Part shown: one piece after another, positions 11,690 to 22,301 of the stretch | Position numbering within the stretch: position 1 is the stretch's first letter | Layout of the letters: every line of letters begins with the position of its first letter | Origin: Anthoceros angustus | Taxonomy: Eukaryota > Plantae > Anthocerotophyta | Assembly (NCBI GenBank): GCA_010909165.1 | Contig: MU008211.1 | Location: forward strand, 62,001 to 126,000 | Direction of reading: 5' to 3' | Length of the DNA: 64,000 bases | Program-made: the position numbers and the translations under genes | The notes under the pieces: generated by a model | Databases searched by the model: none | Told to the model about the DNA's origin: nothing | Seen by the model: only the letters and a program-made list of their open reading frames with translations

Positions 11690-13850
11690 TTTTACGATGG
11701 TGCGGACTCGAACCATGAGCCCCTTATAATCGAACATATATACTTCTAGTTCATTTCATCTAATGCCTTTGTCATTAAAGTGTTGATCTAGTTTCCTCCG
11801 TACTTTTGCCACGATAGTAGCATGTACATCCTCGACTATTCCCACATTGTCCAAATTTCTTTGGATAAACAAAGATAGTCAAACCAAACCAAACCAAACC
11901 CAAGCAAATATTAGCCTTCCTCATAGCAAACATCCTTTCCCGAGCTTGTGGCCTTATGAAAGGAAAGGGTACATAGGCGTGGGACAAGGAAACAATGCAA
12001 AGACATACTTATCCTTGAAGTAATCTCGTAGATATTCAAGGACTGGCCTTGAGCTTTCGGCACATGCTCCTTTGTTAGTAAGAAATGTAATGAGAGCATG
12101 AATTCCCTAGAGAAGTTTAATCACAGTAAATTCGACCGGTGAGACGAGTGACTACTGCGGTATCCGAATCCAAGGCTAACTAGACGATTAGCAAACTATA
12201 TGAAGGCATTAGAATTTCATATGGCCCACAAAAGGCGGAACCACCACCTCCCCATCAAAATCTAAATCCCCAATCTATTCACTAATATACGCTCATTCAA
12301 ATACCGAAGCGAACATATGGGAACTCGAGCATTATCGATGAGGCGGACTCGAACTATGAGCCCCTTTTGAACATACTCCCAATTGATTTGTGCACCTTAA
12401 AATGCCTTTGTCACTGATCTAATTTCCTTGAGTACTTTTGCCAATGGTAGCGACATGTAACTATGCCAAGCTATAGCTTGTCTAGCCTTTCTCGACAAAC
12501 AAAGATAATCAACCTTCCAAGATGAAACGTTAACCCCAACTGTTTTAGTGAAAACCGCTCCCAAAATCACCCTTGTGCCCCAATCTATTCAATACTAATT
12601 GCAAGTAGCCTCCCTCATCAAACATCCCTTGTTGGCTCTCTATGCAAGGAAAAGGTAGCATCTCCTAGAAGAAACGAGCTCCAATATTGTGCGGTGAATC
12701 GCTGTCTGCTTCTTGACAAATATGACCGGCCATACAATGGCGCCAAAGACCGACAATGTCTTGCTATACAATGGCGCCGCCGACAATGGCTTGCCATACA
12801 ATGGCGCCCGAGAATGGCTTGCCATAACAATGCCACGCCCAACAATAATGGCGAACGCAATGGCGCCCAATTAACACAACAATGGCGCCCGCACAACAAT
12901 AATGGTGCCCAATTAACGCCAATGGCGCCCAAATAACGCCTAACAATGGCGCCCAACGCCCAACAATGGCAATTAACGCCAATGGAATGGTGCCCAATGC
13001 TGGACAATGGTGCCAAATAACGAACAATGGCGCCTAATAACGCGCAATTAACGCCAATAATGGCGCCCAATGCTCAACTATGACGCACAATTAACGCCAA
13101 TAATGGCGCGCCCAACAATAATGGGACCCAACGCTCAACTATGGCGCTCAATTAACGCCCAAAATTGCGCCCAATACAATATGCCAAATTTAAAATACCC
13201 CACCCGTCTCTCCCGTCTTCCACCCCCATCAAAACTCTTCCTTTATCCCCGCCCCACTTCCCTAAAGGAAAGAGTATGTAGTCGGAGAAAGCAACAATGC
13301 AAAGACATACTTATCCTTGAAGTAATCTTAGATTTTCCGAGGAACCGTCTAGAGCTTTAAACATGCTATACTCTTTGCTAGTAAGAAATGTAATGAGGGC
13401 ATGAATTTTCTAGAGAAGTTTAATCACAAAGTAAATTCGGTGTGAGGAGTGACTACAAGATCCAAATCTAGCCAAGGCTAACTAGATGATTAAAAAACTA
13501 TATGGAGGCATTAGAACTTCATATGGCCCACAAAAGGCGGAACCATCGCCTCCGCATCAAAATCTTAACCCCCAATCTATTCACTAATATACACTGATTC
13601 AAATTTCCAAGACGCCTGAACGTGTGGGAACTCAAACATGTACGATGAGGCGGGACTCGTACTATGAGTCCCTTTTCGAACATACTCCCAATTGATTTGT
13701 ACACCTTACAATGCCTTTGTCACTGTTGATCCAATTTCCATGGGTACTTTTGCCAATGGTAGCAGCAAGTAACCATGCCAAGCTATAGCTTGTCTAGCCT
13801 TTCTCTGGATAAACAAAGATAATCAACCTTCCAAGATGAAATGTTAACCG
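11690..13850. repeat. Degenerate ~640-bp tandem units, one interrupted by a minisatellite
   Basis: Shared blocks AATGCCTTTGTCA (~11762, 12401, 13710), ACAATGCAAAGACATACTTATCCTTGAAGTAATC (~11993, ~13294), GGACTCGAAC (11704, 12345). Confidence 0.8.
12725..13190. repeat. CAATGGCGCC(CA) minisatellite, array 1
   Basis: Dozens of direct copies of the AATGGCGCC core. Confidence 0.9.
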
Positions 13851-13854
13851 TGCT

Positions 13855-14900
13855 TGCGCGACAATGGCTATACAATGGTGCCGGGGCCCGTCAATGGCGC
13901 AATGGCGTCGCCCCAACAATGGCTTGTCATTCAATGGTGCCCAACGCCCAACAATAATGGCGCCCAATTAATGCCTAACTATGGCCACAATGGCGTCATA
14001 CAATGGCGCCTACGCCCAACAATGGCTTGCCATTCAAAGGTGCCTAACGCCCAACAATAATGGCGCCTAATTAATGCCTAACTATGGCACCGTCAATGGC
14101 TTGCCATACAATGGCGCACGCCCGACAATGGCTTGCCATTCGATGGTGCGCCCAACAATAATGCCCAAATGGCTAACAATGGCTTGCCCCAATGCCCATC
14201 GCCCCAACAATGGCGCCCAATTAACAATGGCGCCCAATGCAATTATGGCAATTCGCCCCAACAATGGCGCGGGCTGGCTGGCCATAGAATGGTGCCCAAA
14301 TAACACCAATAATAATGGCGCCTAATGCCCAACAATGGCGCCAATGCCCAACAATGGCGCCATACAATGGTGCCCAAATAACGCCAATAATAATGGCTAA
14401 CGCCCAACAATGGCGCCCAATAATGCCAACAATGGCGCCCAATGCCCAACAATGGCGCCTAACACCCAACAATGGCGCCCAATGCCCAACAATGGCGCAA
14501 CGCCCAACAATGGCGCCAATTAACGCCCAACAATGGCGCCAACACCCAACAATGGCCCAACGCCAACAATGGCGCCCAATTAACGCCCAACAATGGCGCT
14601 TAACGCCCAACACCCAACAATGGTAAACGCCCAACAATGGCGCCTCACCCAACACCCAACACCCAACAATGGTACCCAATTAACGCCCAACAATGGCCCA
14701 ATTAACGCCCAACAATGGCGCCTATTAATGCCCAACAATGGCCCTACTAACGCCTAACAATGGCGGCAATGCCCCAATAATGGCGCAATTAACGCCTAAC
14801 AATGGCGCCTTAACGCCGACAATGGTGCCCAACGCCCAACAATGGCACCCAATTAACGCACATGGCGCCTAACGACAATGGCTGGCCATACAATGGCCGC
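13855..14900. repeat. CAATGGCGCC(CA) minisatellite, array 2
   Basis: About 1 kb of CCCAACAATGGCGCC / TTAACGCCCAAC units. Confidence 0.92.
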
Positions 14901-15174
14901 GAAAATAAGCATGTACGAACATGTACCATCGGGCTGCGCGCTTGTGGGCATAGAGGTGGTACGCTCACAATAAGAACACTAAAGAAAATGCTAAAGAGCG
15001 TGACGTACTAGTATTAGAGCACTAGCGGCCCCTCTCAACTTTTTCCCTCTCCATGCCGTGTGTGTAAATGGGATTAATGGAGTGCGAAGCCGAGTGGCAC
15101 GCCTCCGCATCTTGAATGGACGCATCATGCCCCACAAAATAACCCCAATCAAATTTAAAATAGCCTCCCGCCTC

Positions 15175-15879
15175 ACATTTTGAAGAAAATGCTTACAACG
15201 TAATCTACAACAAGGGAATCACGTCATCAATCGTTGTAAATGGCCTCCTATCATATTTTTGTGATTAATAACAATAATAAAGAGTTAAAAAATAAAGAAC
15301 ACATTTTGAGAAAATTACTTTACAACGTATCTACAACAAGGGAGCCATGTCATCAATCTTGTAAATGGCCTCCTATCATATTTTTGTGATTAATAATAAT
15401 AATAAAGAGTTAAAAAATAAAGAACACATTTTGAGAAAATGTTTTACAACGTAATCTACAACAAGGAGCCATGTCATCAATCGCTGTAAATGGCCTCCAA
15501 TCATATTTTTGTGATTAATAATAATAATAAAGAGTTAAGAAATAAAGAACAAATTTTGAGAAAATGTTTTACAACGTAATCTACAACAAGGGAGCCACGT
15601 CATCAATCGCTGTTGTAAATGGCTTCCAATCATATTTTTGTGATTAATAATAATAACAAAGAGTTTTGAAGAAATAAAGAACAAATTTTGAGAAAAGGCT
15701 TTTACAACGTAATCTACAACAAGGAGCCACGCCATCGACATGTTGTAAATGGCTTCCAATCATATTTTTGTGATTAGTGATGTTAATAAAGATTTTAGAA
15801 AAATAAAGATCAAATTTTGAAAAAGCTTTTAACGTAATCTACAACGTGGAGCCACGTCATCAATCCGTTGTTGTAAATG
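15175..15879. repeat. ~125-130 bp AT-rich tandem repeat, about 5.5 copies
   Basis: TTTTGAGAAAATGTTTTACAACGTAATCTACAACAAGGGAGCCACGTCATCAATCG...ATCATATTTTTGTGATTAATAATAA recurs every 125-131 bp. Confidence 0.92.
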
Positions 15880-16039
15880 AGCACCCAAAAGAGTGCCACA
15901 TCATCCAACTAGAAACCCCGTAAACCGGTCTTAAAACTTGCCACATCGTGAAACTCAAACCAATTTACAACGGAGGTGTTTAGACGCGTTATAAAGTGTT
16001 TAGGAGAGGGTGTTTTACAAAAGGGGTTTTGTAAACACC

Positions 16040-19000
16040 CCGCTCATACTTCAAGACTATGCAGTTCACCCGCAGCTTTGGAACACCGGCCCGGATGTCT
16101 TGGGAGACTTGCGAGCACAGACGAGGAAGTCCAGCCTCACCGCGCAAGGTGAATGGAATGGGATCATTCCTTGGGCAGAGAAGAGCATATGTGTTTTCTT
16201 GGTGTCGTTGGAAGCTCCAACCAAGGTCTGGAGCAAGTTCATGAAGAGCAAGACCTCGGACCAAGCCTCCTCACTCAGGTTGCTCCACGATCCTTGGACC
16301 GGTTCTCACGCTCGGGTAATCTCCATAACTTGTGACGTTGTACCCTAGGCATGTTCCTTGTCTTCTGCTAACCATGAAGCCCACTTTGTAGTGGGCACGT
16401 GACATTCTTCCCTAGCCGAGCCACTCTCTCATTGTTCGCATGGTCCCTAGAGGTATCTCACCGCTTTGATCCGTTGTCCATTAGCGTGATGTCTTAGCAG
16501 TAGAAGCCTCCTCCACGGTTCTCGCCTTCCCGAGAACCGTCCTTCCTCCACACTTGCCAAACCGGTTTCACTATCTAACCCTTGGTTTAACCGCCGACTC
16601 CCCACTTCTAGTACCCTCCCACACGCCTTATTTTGGAAATGGTTCGTCTTTGAATCGTACGCATTTTATGTCACCTCAAGATATAGAAACTAACTTTGAA
16701 GATAAATTTGGAACCGAGTCCTCCTCTAATAGTAGTGAGGAACCAACCAAGGTCTTCCTTAATATATCTTACACATCATCGGGTGAGACAAGTAGATGAC
16801 TTCACCCCTACCTCTAGGAACTCACCATGGTCACATTCCTTGAACAACCTTCGCTTAGTATACCATGTCATGAATATGCAGCCCATCTTTCCAAGTTGGA
16901 GGAGCTCGGTATTCACAAGCTAGAAGCCATGGAGGCCGCCAGAAGTTTTGGAATGCAATGGCTAGCGAACAATAGGTACAATAGGTGCCCATTCCTTGGA
17001 ATTGACTTGTTTGGTTCACTATCAAGCACTATGTCCGAATATGGTCCAACATCAATGGGGTTGGCAAGTTCTGCGTGTGTCGGCTGTTTCGAGTTTTTAT
17101 TAGATGTAGACGCCGAGGCCAACTTGTCCCAAATCTACTAATCACAAAATTTATGGAAGGAAGAATTGTTCCTTAGTCCTCGAAATTTTGAGAGCTAATA
17201 CTCAAAGAAAGGATTGTTCCTTGGTCCTTGGAATTTTGAGACCTAATAGCGAAACATTGTTTCTTGCTCCTCAAAATTTCATACCTAATACTCAAAGGAG
17301 GATAGTTCCTTGGTCCTCGAAATACCCAATCATATAGCTGGACTATATATGTACTTTTTCCCCTCTTCCACCTTCCAATTCCTCAATTCTCTCAATTCCT
17401 CACTACACGTAAGAGCTGTTTTACATTGTTGATCAACCACAACTCCATGGAATTCGATACCGTGCTAGCAAGGTGTCTAACTACTAAGAATTCTTTACTC
17501 CAATTTGGAAATGAATCGCGTGGAGAATATAGTGGGGCTAAAAGAAAGGGACGTCGCAAGGCTCAAAGAACAAGTTGAAGGATTGCCGCACAACAATAAT
17601 CCGAAGGACGTTAGAGTTCACAAAGATGATCAAGACCTTAATCAATTTGCACAAGACTTAGAGCAAGACTTGGCGAAAGCCCATGATGAACATGAGGTTA
17701 TAAGCGTTTCCAACACGGCCGCTTAAGCGCCGCCGAGGACGTCAAAAGGCTCAAAGAACAAGCGAAGGATTGCCAAAGACATGTTGCGAATCCGGACATC
17801 GTGGTTGGCAATGATCATGCGTAAGAATTCAAGATGAGCGTGATCTAAACCGGTTTGAACAAGAATTAGTGCGAATACGCCGGAAGTCAAGATGATGACG
17901 AGTTTATGCGGCTGGCCCATGTTCATGTTGCTCGTAACAATATTTCCACAATGAGATGTGCACAATCTCTAGAGCAGGACCAAATAGAGGCAATGAATCG
18001 GCGAATCCATATGGTCCCATATCCCAAAGCGCCGAAAATGTGTAGAGGATGCGAGAGAGCACCACGTCGACCAAGTTGGCCAAACCTAATGCCTAATGGT
18101 TATAAAACATATTTGAGTGTTTAAAGGTACTTAACGTACCCAAGAATAGCCACCATGTTTGAGGTCTAGACTTTCTTTTCTTTTGTTTCAATAAATAAAA
18201 ATGCAGCCTCCTGGTGGAACCATATATCACTAGTGGCCCATGGGTCCATGCCGTGATCCATGACACCGCGTCCCCAACGACATCCTCCCGATGACCATGC
18301 CACATTTATAACTGCGGCGCCTCTTGGAGGTGGATGTTTCTCGGCCAACTCTTTCTGGGGAGGCCGCCCTCCTTGTCATCCTTCCCATGCGATGCCTCCA
18401 CGCTTGCTCGACGTGCTCGGCCACGAATTTTCTCCTCTATCGGCCGCACCTTCCCGCCACGGGCGCAATTCCTTTCACACCGAGTCCGAGTCATGCGACA
18501 AGATACCGCCTCCTGGAGCTTGGCCCAAAGTCACATCGGCGCCTCGACCCTCAAGCCGCTCATACTTCAAGACTATGCGAGTTCACCAGCCTTTGGAACA
18601 CCAACGGATGTCTTGATGGGCTTGCGAGCTGGACGAGGAAGTCCAGCCTCACCATGCAAGGTGAATGGAATGGGATCATTCCTTGGAGAGAGAAGAGCAT
18701 ATGTGTTTTGCTTGGTCATGGAAGCTCCAACCAAGGTGGCCGAGCAAGTTCATGAAGAGCAAGACCTGGACCAAGCCTCCTCACTCTGGTTGCTCACGAT
18801 CCTTGGACCGGTTCCGCCACGCTCGGGTAATCTCCATAACTTGTGACGTTGTACCCTAGGCATGTTCCTTGTCTTCTCGCTAACCATGAAGCCCACTTTG
18901 TAGTGGGCAATCAGACATTCTTCCCTAGCCCGAGCCACTCTCTCATTGTTCGCATGGTCCCTAGAGGTATCTCACCGCTTTGATCCGTTGTCCATTAGCG

Positions 19001-22000
19001 CCGATGTCTTAGCCAGAAGCCTCCTCCACGGTTGCCTGCCTTCCTCCCGAGAACCGTACCTTCCTCCACACTTGCCAAACCGCCACTATCTAACCCTTGG
19101 TTTAATCCGACCCCCACTTCTAGTACCCTCCCACGCCTTATTTTGGAAATGGTTCGTCTGTAATCAGACGATTTATTATGTCACCTCAAGATATAGAAAC
19201 TAACTTTGAAGATAAATTTGGAACCGGAGTCCTCCTCTAATAGTAGTGAGGAACCAACGGTCCCCAAGGTCTTCCTTAATATTACCAACATCTTACACAT
19301 CATGGGTGAGACAAGTAGATGACTTCACCCCTACCTCTAGGAACTCACCATGGTCACATTCCTTGAACAACCTTCGCTTAGTATACCACTCATGAATATG
19401 CAGCCCATCTTTCCAAGTTGGAGGAGCTCGGTATTCACAAGCTAGAAGCCATGGAGGTCGCCAGAAGTTTTGGAATGCAATGGCTAGCGGCGAACAATAG
19501 GTACAATAGGTGCCCATTCCTTGGAATTGACTCGCTTTGGTTCACTATCAAGCACTATGTCCGAATATGGTCCAACATCAATGGGGTTGGCAAGTTCGTA
19601 AGGTGTTTTTCGAGTTTTTATTAGATGTAGACGCCGAGGCCAACTTGTCCCAAATCTACTAATCACAAAATTTATGGAAGGAAGAATTGTTCCTTAGTCC
19701 TCGAAATTTGAGAGCTAATACTCAAAGAAAGGATTGTTCCTTGGTCCTTGGAATTTGAGACCTAATAGCGAAACATTGTTTCTTGCTCCTCAAAATTTCA
19801 TACCTAATACTCAAAGGAGGATAGTTCCTTGGTCCTCGAAATACCCAATCATATAGCTGGACTATATATGTACTTTTCCCCTCTTCCACCTTCCAATTCC
19901 TCAATTCGGTCTCAATTCCTCACTACACGTAAGAGCTGTTTACATTGTTGATCAACCACAACTCTACTGTTGAATTACGATACCGGCTAGCAAGGTGTCT
20001 AACTACTAAGAATTCTTTACTCCAATTTGGAAATGAATCGTGGAGAATATAGTGGGGCTAAAAGAAAGGGACGTCCAAGGCTCAAAGAACAAGTTGAAGG
20101 ATTGCCGCACAACAAATAATCCGAAGGACGTTAGAGTTCACAAAGGCGATGATCAAGACCTTAATCAATTTGCACAAGACTTAGAGCAAGACTTGGCGAA
20201 AGCCCATGATGAACATGAGGTTATAAGCGTGTAATCCACACGGCGCTAAGCGCCGAGGACGTCAAAAGGCTCAAAGAACAAGTTGAAGGATTGCCAAAGA
20301 CATGTTGCGAATCCGGACATCGTGGTTGGCAATGATCATGCGAAGAATTCAAGATGAGCGTGATCTAAACCGGTTTGAACAAGAATTAGTGCGTAATATT
20401 GGAAGTCAAGATGATGACGAGTTTATGCGGCTGGCCCATGTTCATGTTCATGTTCATAACAATATTTCCACAATGAGATGTGCACAATCTCTAGAGCAGG
20501 GACCAAATAGAGGCAATGAAAATGAATCCATATGGAGTCCCCCATATCCCAAAGCGCCGAAATGTGTAGAGGATGCAAGGAGAGAGCACCACGTCGACCA
20601 AGTTGGCCAAACCTAATGCCTAATGGTTATAAAACATATTTGAGTGTTTAAAGGTACTTAACGTACCCAAGAATAGCCACCATGTTTGAGGTCTAGACTT
20701 TCTTTTCTTTTGTTTCAATAAATAAAAATGCAGCCTCTGGTGGAACCATATATCACTAGTGGCCCATGGGTCGATGCCGCATCCAGCGACACGTGCCCCG
20801 ACATCCTCCCCGATGACCATGCCACATTTATAACTTTGCGCTGGCGTCTCTTGAGGTGGATGTTTGTCGGCCAACTCTTTCGGTGGGAGGCCGCCCTCCT
20901 TGTCATCCTTCCCATGCGATGCCTCCACGCTTGCTCGGCGTGCTCGACGAATTTTCTCCTCTATCGGCTTCTCGCACCTTCCCGCCACGGGCGCACCTTT
21001 CACACCGAGTCCGAGTCATGCGACAAGATACCGCCTCCTGGAGCTTGGCCCAAAGTCACATCGGCCCCGACCCTCAAGCCGCTCATACTTCAAGACTATG
21101 CGAGTTCACTCAGCCTTTGGAACACCACCGGGATGTCTGATGGAGCTTGCAGCCCGACGAGGAAGTCCATCACCGCTGCAAGGTGAATGGAATGGGATCA
21201 TTCCTTGGAGCAGAGAAGAGCATATGTGTTTTGGCTTGGTGCATGGAAGCTCCAACCAAGGTCGGCCGAGCAAGTTCATGAAGAGCAAGACCTCGGACCA
21301 AGCCTCCTCACTACTGTTGCTCCCGCCGATCCTTGGACCTGCTCCGCCACGCCGGTAATCTCCATAACTCAGACGTTGTACCTAGGCATGTTCCTTGTCT
21401 TCCGCTAACCATGAAGCCCACTTTGTAGGGCATCAGACATTCTTCCCTAGGTGAGCCACTCTCTCATTGTTCGCATGGTCCCTAGAGGTATCTCACCGCT
21501 GATCCGTTGTCCATTAGCCGATGTCTTAGCACAGGAAGCCTCCTCCACGGTTGCCACCTTCCTCCCGAGAACCGCTGCATTTTCTCCACACACTTGCCAA
21601 ACCAGTTTCCACTATCTAACCCTTGGTTTAACCGCCGACTCCCCACTTCTAGTACCCTCCTCGCCGCCTTTATTTTGGAAATGGTTCTGCCTCGGCGTAA
21701 TCAGACGATTTTATGTCACCTCCAAGATATAGAAACTAACTTTGAAGATAAATTTGGAACCGGAGTCCTCCTCTAATAGTAGTGAGGAACCAACATCCCC
21801 AAGGTCTTCCTTAATATTACCAGATCTTACACATCATGGGTGAGACAAGTAGATGACTTCACCCCTACCTCTAGGAACTCGCCCATGGTCACATTCCTTG
21901 AACAACCTCGCTTAGTATACCAGCCTGTCATGAATATGCAGCCCATCTTTCCAAGTTGGAGAGCTCAGATTCACAAGCTAGAAGCCATGGAGCCGAAGTT

Positions 22001-22301
22001 TTGGAATGCAATGGCTAGCGTATGAACAATAGGTACAATAGGTGCCCATTCCTTGAATTAATTCGCTTTGGTTCACTATCAAGCACTATGTCCCAATATG
22101 GTCCAACATCAAGGGTTGGTGTCTGGCAAGTGTTCTGGCCTGTCGAGTTTTTATTAGATGTAGACGCCGAGGCCAACTTGTCCCAAATCTACTAATCACA
22201 AAATTTATGGAAGGAAGAATTGTTCCTTAGTCCTCAAATTTGAGAGCTAATACTCAAAGAAAGGATTGTTCCTTGGTCCTTGAATTTGAGACCTAATAGC
22301 G
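16040..22301. repeat. ~2.52-kb head-to-tail tandem unit, about 2.5 copies, with frameshifted ORFs
   Basis: CCGCTCATACTTCAAGACTATG at ~16039, 18556 and 21079; a further fragment at ~26130-26255. Confidence 0.93.

Noticed and set aside
12725-14900. Minisatellite as multimerised tRNA-Lys primer-binding site (TGGCGCCCAACG) or as coding ORFs
   Set aside because: The match is only 10-12 nt in a minority of units; the ORFs are a by-product of stop-poor repeats in several frames
16040-22301. Integrated concatemer of a ~2.5-kb circular ssDNA (CRESS/gemini-like) virus
   Set aside because: The size fits, but no Rep motifs (FLTY, HxH, YxxK, Walker A) or nonanucleotide stem-loop were found in the unit, and the hairpin lies outside the unit
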